A stretch of 37,622 nt of DNA. Source: Chrysochromulina tobinii (lineage: Eukaryota). Shown here piece after piece: positions 19,981 to 29,741 of this stretch (the stretch's first letter is position 1; each line of letters opens with the position of its first letter). The position numbers were made by a program, and so were the translations under genes. The notes below the pieces were generated by a model. It saw only the letters and a program-made list of their open reading frames with translations. It was not told where the DNA came from and did no database searches. Where the stretch lies: contig JWZX01003153.1 of NCBI GenBank assembly GCA_001275005.1, forward strand, positions 1 to 37,622. Reading direction: 5' to 3'.

Positions 19981-20583
19981 ATGACGGAGGCGCTCGATGG
20001 CGACCCTGGTGGACCGATACAGATTGAGGTAGAACGAGGCATAGCGGGGATGATAGATCAGCACACCACCTGGCTCGAGCTGCTGTCCTCGGGCCAGCGT
20101 GGCGAGGAGTTTGATTGGAGGACTGCAGAGCTCCTGTCCTGCTCCCGCTCAATCGAGTGGGACCTGCAGGACCTCGAGGACGCGGTCAGTATCGTGGAGG
20201 GCAATCGCAAAAAGTTTGGCGAGATCGACGACGGCGCCTTGAAGAGCAGAAAGGATTTCATCGACGCTATCAGGAGCAAGATCGACTACATCCGCAAAAG
20301 CGTACAGGAGGCGCAAAGCAACCCCGAAGGCTTTGTTGCAAAGAAGAAGGGTCTGGCAGCCAAGATAGCGTCAGTGTCTGTCGCGCAGGGATATGGCAAG
20401 TTGCCCAAGGAGCAGGCTCAGGACGGGGCGAGCTGCGCGGGGACTAGCGCGCCAACAGCCATCGGCTCAAATCTGACCACCTTCAGCAGCAGTCCAGGCG
20501 GCAGTCGTGTAGGCCACACGGAATCCGCGTCAGACGAGGACCCTCGTCGCCGCCGTCGTAGGTGGTATGCGTGGTGCTGCTGA
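19981..20583 (+). CDS. Syntaxin-6/Tlg1 N-terminal (Habc) domain protein lacking SNARE motif and TM
   Basis: EEFDWRTAELLSCSRSIEWDLQDLEDAVSIVEGNRKKFGEIDDGALKSRKDFIDAIR matches Syntaxin-6_N; ends RRRRRRWYAWCC*. Confidence 0.8.
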   Translation: MTEALDGDPGGPIQIEVERGIAGMIDQHTTWLELLSSGQRGEEFDWRTAELLSCSRSIEWDLQDLEDAVSIVEGNRKKFGEIDDGALKSRKDFIDAIRSKIDYIRKSVQEAQSNPEGFVAKKKGLAAKIASVSVAQGYGKLPKEQAQDGASCAGTSAPTAIGSNLTTFSSSPGGSRVGHTESASDEDPRRRRRRWYAWCC

Positions 20584-21505
20584 CGCTGCGCCAGCCGCGC
20601 CGTGAGCACACTGCGCTAAACCTCCAACCACGTGAGCACGTACATGTAGTGGTTGCTCGCCACTTTCGTCGAAGTGTGACACTATCCGTCGCGCACATGA
20701 TTCCCCCCAAAATTTGATAGTATGTAGTACTGCGTGTGAAACCTGCGAGTCTCTTTTCTGCGAGCCGCTCTCGTAGGTAGATCATGAGGTCCGCTGCGTG
20801 AACACCAGGCGCATGCTGATGCTCGTCTCGCGTCTCGGAAGACCAAAAGCACATGTCACCGTGCAACGGCCGAACGTTGCGGAAATCCAATAACGTCCAT
20901 GTAGTTAAAACATCATGTAGCATGTTCGGACGATGCGAAATCATTCTCGGGCGGCCCCCGGCGCGGCCAACGCGTTATTTTCTCGCCCCACGGCCACGCG
21001 CCCACCAATGGCGCCCACGCCCCACGCCACCCCCAGGGTCAGGCCTCGTATTACGTATAGTACTCCCACCGGCGTCACCGCCTCCGCTGCTTAACTGCTT
21101 CTTCTCCTCGCCGGTAACTCGCCGGCATCTAGATGCCCATGGGCGACTTGGCATATCTGCAAACATCTGCCGCCGCCTCAGCCTTCTATTTGGCTTGCTG
21201 GCGATTCGATGGGGCTCGGCCTCGGGGGAGCGGTAGGGACACGTCAAGGTGTGCAAAATGCGTGCGAATGTGTCAGGGGCGCCTTGTGCTTGTCGGTGTG
21301 ATCTAATTCCTAAAACACTCAACTTCGTGCTCGAAACAACGCGCTCTCTCAGCCCAAATTGCTCTCTCGTCATCGAGTGGGCGATTGAGTGGCGGACTTC
21401 CGCACATCGACGCTGCGGCCCCTTCGATTACGACAGCAATTGGGCATCGAGTCACGTCCGACAGGTCACGTCAGGCGCCAACCTTCTCGCCGCATCGGCA
21501 GGGTG

Positions 21506-22257
21506 ATGTCCTATACGCCGGCGGGCTCCTTCGACTATATCTTCAAGGTGCTGCTCATTGGTGATGCCGGCGTTGGCAAGTCGTCCATCTTGCTGCGCTT
21601 CACCGACGACTCCTTCGAGGAGCAGATGGCATCCACGATCGGGGTCGACTTTCGCGTCAAGACGGTGACGCTGGGTGGGAAGACGGTGAAGCTCACGATC
21701 TGGGACACGGCCGGCCAAGAGCGCTTCAGGACACTGACTTCATCCTACTACCGTGGCTGCCATGGCGTGATCCTGGTGTACGATGTCAACGAGCGTGAGT
21801 CCTTCACCCACCTCCAGCAGTGGCTCGAAGAGCTCGAACTGTACAGTACCACACAGCACTTTGTCAAACTGCTCGTGGGTAATAAGATCGACGTGAAAGA
21901 CCGGCAGGTCACGGTCGAGGAGGCGGAAACATTTGCGAGGTGCGTGCTGCAAACACAGCATCATGCGGCTGTGACCTCTGCGTCTCTTCTCACCTTCCGC
22001 CTTCTCACTGCGGCTCCGCCTTCTCACTGCGGCTCCGCGCGTCCTCGTGCAGGCGGCAAGCGATGATGTACATCGAGACGAGTGCAAAGACGCGCGAGGG
22101 CATCCGACAAGCCTTCGAGGAGGTCGTGCAGAAGATCCTCGACTCCCCCGCTCTGATACAGGACGTCACCGGAGGGCCGTCGCAGCTGGGTGGGCTGAGG
22201 GGACTGGCGCCCCCAGACGAGGACGCCAGCAGCGGGTCATGTGGCGGCTATTGTTGA
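21506..22257 (+). CDS. RAB18: Rab18 (RabC) small GTPase; exons 21506-21939 and 22053-22257
   Basis: [60 protein letters not shown]. The intron AG|GTGCGT...GTGCAG|G (113 nt) restores [21 protein letters not shown]-terminus CGGYC. Confidence 0.92.
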
Positions 22258-22559
22258 GAGCCGGAGAGCCACGTGCACGCGTGCCCTCCGCTCTTGCGCC
22301 CACGTGCCGTGCGCCTGTGGCCCCCGGTCCCATATCACGCACATCGGGTTTTTGTTTCGACTTCTCTCCAGTGGTAGTTCCACTTCATAATCGGTCATAA
22401 ATCCTTTCGGTCCTGGTGGCATATCGTGTTTTGCACATATGGCTGTCAACAAGCGTTTACAGTGTCACGCACGTCCCGAGACTCACGGTCCGGTAGTCAC
22501 ACACAGCAGTGGAGAGGAAAAACTCAGGCTCAGTGCAGAAGCCACCATGTTCAACATAC

Positions 22560-22976
22560 CTATCGCCCACCATTTTTGGCGGCAGGAGAGCCCTTGCACT
22601 TGAGTTTTGCTTGAAACCCGCAGTACTGCGTGCGCAGCACCATCTCAACCTCTTTGCGATCCTCTTCATCCAACTCAAAGCCCATTGCCTGAACTTCCTT
22701 TTCTTGCTTCTTGACGGCGGCGAGATAAATCTCCTCGAACTTGGCCTCGCCCTCCGCATTTGGTGCGCTGCCCACCACGGATGGACCCACATACTTACCA
22801 TCCTTGAAATCGTCAGCTGCATAAGCAGTGATGGCTTTCACCTTTGCAGCAGCAGCAAAGAGCGGCAGCGCCGTAGCGGCGGCATATATGGCCGTGCGGC
22901 GATCGATAGGCCGCGGCGTGGTACGTAGCGCCGAGGAGGCGTGCAGGAGAGAGATGAGCAGTGCGCTGAGCTTCAT
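22560..22976 (-). CDS. Small nucleus-encoded plastid protein, likely thylakoid lumen (signal peptide + short transit + twin-Arg)
   Basis: MKLSALLISLLHASSA|LRTTPRPIDRRTAIYAAATALPLFAAAA...AYA|ADD; mature part is helical with a CGFQAKLKC Cys pair. Confidence 0.75.
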   Translation of the reverse strand: MKLSALLISLLHASSALRTTPRPIDRRTAIYAAATALPLFAAAAKVKAITAYAADDFKDGKYVGPSVVGSAPNAEGEAKFEEIYLAAVKKQEKEVQAMGFELDEEDRKEVEMVLRTQYCGFQAKLKCKGSPAAKNGGR

Positions 22977-23218
22977 GTGGGTCGTGCCTCCACAGGAGCG
23001 TGAGGGAACTCGTGAGGGTGTCCCGCGCACAAAAACCATCCGTGAAAAGTCCACGGGCTGAATGCACAGAAAGGATATTCTCCCGCCCGACTTTCATTGA
23101 AGCCCACCGATTGCAGGCTTCCTCGGCGCATGGAGTTAAGAAACTACCGTAAATTCCGACCGTTTCGCGAAGAAGAACACGTTCGTCGGCTTCTGCGCAG
23201 CTTTGCTGTGCACGCACA

Positions 23219-24900
23219 ATGTCAAGGCTGTCGTCGCGCGATTCAACAATGCACAGCTCTGAGGCTGACCGACGAGAGGCAGCTGCACTCTATCCGCCCT
23301 CGCGCGTCAATCACTTGGGTGTGCGCAAGAGCGATCACGGCCAACGCCACAAGTTTGTGAAAACCATGACCATCAGTTTTGACAAGAAGGATCTGGGACT
23401 GCAGAAAATAGACAAACACTGGCAGCTCATCGAAGATGCGGCGCGGCAGTCGGATTTTTCGATCCCACGATTGAAAGAGATGCTCGAGGCCTTCAACCTC
23501 CAAAAAAAGGCTGGCTCTACACTCGTGGGCCCGCACACATTCAGGCGGGTGCTGGCCGAGTTTGGTATCAAGGACGCCATTCTTGTACGGCGCCTCTTCG
23601 AGGGCTTCTGCGGCTGCGGCACCAAGGTGGACTACCGCGACCTCCTGTGCGTGGCCTCCACGCCTCTCGATCCGTCGCTCGTCGTCAGCACAGACCGACA
23701 CCCATCTGCACGCACCCACTCAATGCACCCTCTGGCTGACTTCGCGTGTTGCTGCTGCCGCGACGAGCGCGCAGGCGGTCCTTCTGCTCGGTGTCGGACG
23801 CGGACATCGAGGAAAAGCTCATGCTGCTCGTGCCGCTCTACGATGGCAACGGTCAAGGTATTGATCTGGCCGAGCTCACACAGCTCGTGGTCAAGTCAGT
23901 GCAGGCGCAGACAGGCGCGGTGGGCGCGACACGCCTCGAACAGGAGCGGCGCGAGGCGGGCTTGCTGAGCAGCCCCCCGGTGGACCTGGCAGCGCTGCTC
24001 GGTGAGAGTACGGTCGCCGCCCTCGAGATGATGTGGCACGAGATCAAGGAGGTACAAGAAGAGCTGTACTTACAGACCCTGCGCAAGCAGCAGAACCTTG
24101 CCACCTCAGCAAGTCCCCTTGCGCCGAAGGAGGAGGAGGAGCTGCGGAAGGCGCAGGGGACCTGGACGCCGCCCGGCGCCAAGCCGTTGGGCATGTCGGC
24201 CGAGGTGATGATACGCGCGTGCCGCCACCGGCCGTCGGTGCGCTTGCTGCTCGAGACTTTCCTTAACGCCAACACCATCCGTGCAACGGACGGCACCGTC
24301 GATCCGAGCCTCGACAAAACGAAAGTGGTCCGTGACTTGCACCACCGTCTCACCGAGTGCGACATGGAGGTGTTCCGCAAGGTGACACTCGGCTCTGAGA
24401 AGCCTTCACAGAGGCATTCACACAGCCAGAGCAGAAGCCAGCTGCCCCTAGTGAAGCCGGGCCCGGAGGCAGGTTCACCCAGGAGCCCCCTTCGGAGCCC
24501 CGTTCGGAGCCCCGAAGGCAATCCCTCAAGTACAAGCCCATCGAGTAGCCGATTGCTGCCAGAGCCGATCTGGGAGCAGCGGGGCGCCTCCTCGGTCACG
24601 CAGACATGGTCGACAACAGCGCTCATTCGCCGAAAGTACGGCCAGAGCTCGTGCACCATGAACAAGGCCAAGCACCAGTTCTCGACGGACGTGAACCGCA
24701 TGATGCCCTTGCGGAATTCGCTCACGTTTGCTAACCTCGTGGAGCCTAAGGTGTTGCAGAAGTTCCTGAACAAGTCCAGATCAGACGCCGGTCTGCCGCC
24801 GCTCAACACGAACGTCGAGAAACTGCTGCCGTCGATTACTCGCCGCGGCGCGTCGAGCGCATCGCTCACGTCGCTCCACGCGTTGCTAGAGCGTCGCTAA
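23219..24900 (+). CDS. Calcineurin-B/NCS-like EF-hand-related protein with S/P-rich tail; exons 23219-23646 and 23775-24900
   Basis: Intron CT|GTGCGT...GCGCAG|G (128 nt) gives LVRRLFEGF...KVDYRDLLRSFCSVSDADIEEKLMLLVPLYDGNGQGIDLAEL, a degenerate CNB/NCS-type pattern. Start could also be 23366. Confidence 0.72.
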
Positions 24901-25709
24901 CCGTCCCGAGAGCCGAGACCGTCCCTGGTCCCTCGCACTGGCCCGATGTCCCGTGACGATGGTGCCGTAGGAATGATGAGAATGGGTTGATGTGGGTCAG
25001 CGACGGCATTGGCCAATCCATTGGCCCGTGCCCATGCGACCGCCAAGGATTCGCGCGAAACGTGGCTAATTACCTTCCTAATGGCTCATTACCTCCCTCA
25101 TCGCGAAACGTGGCCCCCAAACGTCATCAAACGACTGGGAATGCATAACTACACCCCCGACGGCCTACCGCACGGCGCACCGGCACACGGGCCAAGGCGT
25201 GCCCCGCCGCCCGCGCGCGCGGTGTGGGGGCGGGCGGGGCACACCGCCGCGCTGTTGCCTGTGGTGCTGCGCGCAGCGCAGTGCGCAAGCTGGCTGCTGA
25301 GGCGCGCCCGCACCCGCTGACGCCTGAGCCCTGACTCGACGTGACCGTGATCCGCGTGTCTCCATGTTGAGCGTTGAGCGACTTTTATCTGAATGAGCGA
25401 CCGGCTTGAACAGCCCAGGTCGGTGTTGCGATGTGGATCCGCGCCGCGCGGTCTGGGTGACCGTGTTTAATCGCGATACTTCGTAACATAGAAATAGTGT
25501 TTGGACCGCCCGGTGCACGATACGCTCAAGAACTGAGGGGCGGCTCGGGTGGCTCGATCGCACTGCGGCCACCGCGATAACCCCAGAGCCGCCGCCTCTC
25601 CCTCTACGTCCGTCCGTGCGATGCCGCCTCTATCGCTGGTCTCTCGAGGCATCAGAGGGGATCCATGTGGAAACGTGAGCTCTCCGGCAGCGCCAGTCGC
25701 GTGCGAGCC

Positions 25710-26460
25710 TCAGTAAACGGGCGTCTCGTCAGAAGAGCCAGCGGCAAAGGATTCGGCCTTCTTTTTCTTCGGCGACGTTTGCCCAGGCAGCGTCGCGCTT
25801 TCCCGCTCCTCGTGCTCCCGTTGCATCTCGCTCGCGATCGTCTGCAGCTCAAGGTTAAAGTTCCACGGCACGTCCTCCTCGAGCACCTGCTGCTGCGGCG
25901 TCAGAAATGATTGAAGCACGCTCAGGTCAACGCCGATTTCGCTCGTGCTCGGCAGCGCCATGTCGATCTCCTCATCGAGCTCTCGGATCGTCTGTACACG
26001 GGACGACTTGAGGCTGGGCGCCTGCGCCACCGTGAGTGTGAGCTGCTCCTCCTCGTCCTCGAGGTCAGGGATGAAGGAACTCGGGCCGTCGTCGTCGTCG
26101 ACACTTTCCATTTTCGCGATGCTCTGCGTCGTAACTGACGACGCTTCCTCATCGTCATCGTTTGCTGACTTCCGCCGTCGTGAGGGCGCCGCCGGCTTGA
26201 CCGCCGCCGCCGGCTGCTCGTCGTCCCATCCAGACTTTTTTGCGCCGGCTGCGGGAGCCGTCGGTACCTGATTGCGATAGCGATCCGAGAGGGATGAGGC
26301 TGTGCATGTGGCTGCGGAATGAACATGGAGGTTCAAGAGCGGTAGCTGCCACGGCACGCACTGAGGAGTCAAGATCCTCGTCCGCGCCGACCTGGCGGCG
26401 CCGTGCAGCACGGGGCGGCGGCTTCTTCTTGAACGCGCCATCGAAGTCGCTAGTCTCCAT
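25710..26460 (-). CDS. IFT43: Intraflagellar transport protein 43 (IFT-A); exons 26460-26392 and 26267-25710
   Basis: IPDLEDEEEQLTLTVAQAPSLKSSRVQTIRELDEEI...GVDLSVLQSFLTP...EEDVPWNF...IASEM is the IFT43 core. The intron CAG|GTCGGC...AATCAG|GTA (124 nt) is phase 0. Confidence 0.88.
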
Positions 26461-26608
26461 AGGCGCGCCCGTTGGAGGAGGGCCTTCACAAACTCCTTCA
26501 CACTATGCACAAACAACCTATTTGGACACGTGCCAAGTTAGGCCACCAAGATTCGGCCTATGGAATTGGGGAATCCAGACGTTTCATCGACGGCACGCGG
26601 ATCCCTGC

Positions 26609-27745
26609 ATGGCGCCTCCCTGCCCCTTGATGGCCACGCTGCGTGAGCGTCTGTACGACGTGCTCGTGGCCAACCGGACTCGCGTGCTGACTCTCTTTCA
26701 AAGCTGGGACGAGGACAAGAATGGGAAGGTAGATAGGGATGAGTTCAGGCGAGCGATGAGCGTGCTAGGGTACAATGCACCCGAGGAGGCCATCGGCAAG
26801 CTGTTCGACAGCTGGGACACTGACGGCTCCGGCTTCTTGGAGCTCGATGAGCTTTCCAGGATCCTGGAGGACAAGCTGATGGTAAAACCCATTTGCCAGG
26901 CAGCTGCTAGGCAGTGTGAGGAGGCGCGGATGCAGCGACCAAGATCCGCCGCTGCTCTCCAGAAGTATAAAGAGCAGCTCGAACGAGGAAAACGATTGAT
27001 GCGGAGCGTCGAGTCCTTCAACCTGAAGAACCGCACAGCGCCCACCGATCCCAAGGATGTTGGCCACCAGCTGACACGCCTCGGGCAGAAAGCCGCGGTC
27101 GAGCACCTGATCGGGGCGACTGCTGCCACCCGGGACGCATCTGCCTATGCTCGTGACTATGCCAAGGACGGTCTCGAACCGACAGCGGTGCTGCATTGGG
27201 CGAACAACGAAAGGCGGTTGCTGTCGTTCGTGCACTACGGCATGCCGAGTACGGGCGTGATCCATACGCCACTGCTGCATATGTTCCCCTCCGACGGGAT
27301 GGGTCGGTATGCCGGTTTGATCGAGTACAGGAAGCAGCAACAGAAGCAGCAGCGCGGGCCGTTAGCAGCGGGCTCGAGCTTAACCGCCCTCGACGTGACC
27401 AAAATCGAGGAGGAAGCGGCGTATCCCACTTACAACGTTCCCAAAGTGGCCAAGGGTCGCTGGTCGCAGATGCGCACGCAGATGCGCGCAGAGCAGGTTC
27501 ATGGCCCGCTTGAGAGCTCGCCGCCGGATGGCCCAAGGAAAACCATTGCAGCCGACCAGCTTCAGGGTCGACTACGCCGCCCTGCCATGCGCCCTGCTCC
27601 AACGTTGGGTACGAGCAAGTCGGTACCCGCGCTGCCATGGAACTTGAGGAAGCCGCCAAGGCTGGTGGTGACGCCTGAGATGACGACGGCCGCCAGTATA
27701 ACAACGGTCCTTGGCACCACCGCGCTCAGGACCCCTCCAAAATGA
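26609..27745 (+). CDS. EF-hand pair (calmodulin-like N-lobe) protein with basic low-complexity tail
   Basis: RVLTLFQSWDEDKNGKVDRDEFRRAM...LFDSWDTDGSGFLELDELSRIL; start at 26609 or 26630. Confidence 0.82.
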   Translation: MAPPCPLMATLRERLYDVLVANRTRVLTLFQSWDEDKNGKVDRDEFRRAMSVLGYNAPEEAIGKLFDSWDTDGSGFLELDELSRILEDKLMVKPICQAAARQCEEARMQRPRSAAALQKYKEQLERGKRLMRSVESFNLKNRTAPTDPKDVGHQLTRLGQKAAVEHLIGATAATRDASAYARDYAKDGLEPTAVLHWANNERRLLSFVHYGMPSTGVIHTPLLHMFPSDGMGRYAGLIEYRKQQQKQQRGPLAAGSSLTALDVTKIEEEAAYPTYNVPKVAKGRWSQMRTQMRAEQVHGPLESSPPDGPRKTIAADQLQGRLRRPAMRPAPTLGTSKSVPALPWNLRKPPRLVVTPEMTTAASITTVLGTTALRTPPK

Positions 27746-28163
27746 GATCAAGCGGCAGAGTTGGAATCTTGGAAACGACAGAACTTGGAAGCTGATGACA
27801 ACTGGTGCATTGGTCACAACCATCCAGACAGTGCATCAGCCATCACACATCAGAGGCACAAGCCAGCCATGCCATTCACATACGACCATTCAGGATTCAG
27901 ATGGATTAACATCGCCATCCAACCAAATCAGCTTGGGGTGCCGCACCGAAGAGCGACGACGCGTAACGCGAAGCTTTAATAGGTATAATCGAAGTGGAGT
28001 GACCGCGGATCCGAGTAGTTCGGTTCATACCGACAATACCTAACGACCAAAACGCACGGCAGCGCGGCACCACGCGGCCGGCCGGGGGGCCCGCCGCCTG
28101 CAACCGGCCCACCCGGCACGCGTTGACGCGACCGGACGGTTGTGCACGACGCACCGACCGCAA

Positions 28164-29529
28164 TCACTTGTCCTCGTCGTCCTCCTCCTCCTCGGCGTTT
28201 TCCCAGTCGTCGTCGCCGCCATTGAATGGGTTCGACAACGACAAGCGGCGCGCCGCAAAGTTCTCCACGTTCTCCGCGATGGCGCCCTCGTTGCCGGCCT
28301 TGCGCTGTACCACGGGTGAGTGCTTCAGCTTGGAGAGGCCTTTGGATCCCTTGCCTATGAAGACCTCATGCATGCCCGGGCCCTCATTGCATGCCACCTC
28401 GCCCTCGTGGTCGCCCCAATCCTCCAAAAACGGCAGGAAGGTGATGATCGCCGTAATGTCGTCGCGGTAGTTGCCCTCCTCACGTCTCCACCGATCGGCC
28501 GCCTCGCTGACGAGCAAATCGCACGCCTCAGACGCATGGGGTCTCTCATGGCTGAGCGCCACAATCTCAGCCGCCTCCTGCGAGTCAATGAATTCCCACA
28601 CGCCGTCCGATGCCAAGATCACGAACAAGTCGCCGTCGGCACCGTGCTCCTTTGGTGGCTTGAGTGTGAACTTCTTGACCTCCGGATCCGGTATCACACC
28701 TACCTTCTTGCACTCGCCGTCCCCAATGGATCGAGACATAGCGAGCCCGACTCGCCCGTTGGCCCATACGCGCGACGGTCGGCCACCCGGCCCGCTCTCC
28801 GACACGAAGCCGCCTGCGGCCTCGATGCGCACGCGCTCGGTCGGTAAGTCTGGCTTGTGGTCCTCGGACAGGTTGGTCGCGACGATGCGCCCGTCCTTGC
28901 GCGAGGCAAGGATGGCGCGCGAGTCGCCTGAACATGCGCACCATAACTCCTCGCCCTTCATGTAGAGCACGTTGGATGTGGTGCCCATCGACATCGCAGC
29001 TTGGCCAAGCGTGCTGCTGAAGAGCAGCTCGTTCAGCTTGATGATATTGCGGGAGAGGCACTCGAATGGGTCCGTGAGGAGCGCGTCGTGGTCCTTATCG
29101 AGCAGTACTGGCAGCTGCGTCATGCAAAACTCGGATGCCTTCTCACCTTTAGACCCGTGCCCGTCGAAGACGCACAGCAGCGCCTCATTCAGGCTGCCGT
29201 GGAAGGGCCAGCACACAACGCCGCGGTCCTGGTTGATCTTGGCGTTTGCAAGCCCGCGAGGGCCAGGCATGATGCCGTGACGTGTCTTCGTACCAATGTG
29301 CGCCTTATCAAAGGGCGCGCTCGACCTTCGGATCATGGGGCGTGCCACGGTCTGGTGTCTCCTTGGCCTGGTAGATCACCGAAGCACGTTTGTTCTTGAT
29401 CTCCTCCATGGCGCTTGAATCAAGGGTTGAGACGCTATCCTGTTTCTGGACGGGCGGCGTTGTGGTCCCGCTTGCGCGCGGACCCGCGAACGCCTGGCTC
29501 TCGGGCCCCTTGGACATGCAGCAACCCAT
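28164..29529 (-). CDS. N-myristoylated/palmitoylated PP2C (PPM) phosphatase, interrupted by a +1 frame change between 29375 and 29311
   Basis: MGCCMSK N-terminus (ORF 29308-29529); catalytic motifs KINQDRG, VFDGHG, GTTS, SGDSRAIL, DHKPD, GLAMSRSIGD, ILASDGVWEF, DDIT (ORF 28164-29348). Confidence 0.88.
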
Positions 29530-29741
29530 GCTCGCTCAGTTCTGCTCCAACAGAGCTGTGCTCTCGTAGGCGACGGCGTTCGAGCTCCGCAAAGGGACCA
29601 GCCCCACCCTTGAGCGCCGTTGCCACGCAAAAGGAAGAGACCGCGTTTCAATTCCGCGCCTGGCTGGACGAAACCCATTCATCAAAGTCGTTCATGTACC
29701 TCACGCGCACTCCGCCGGGCGTCACCGGCACTGCACCTTAA

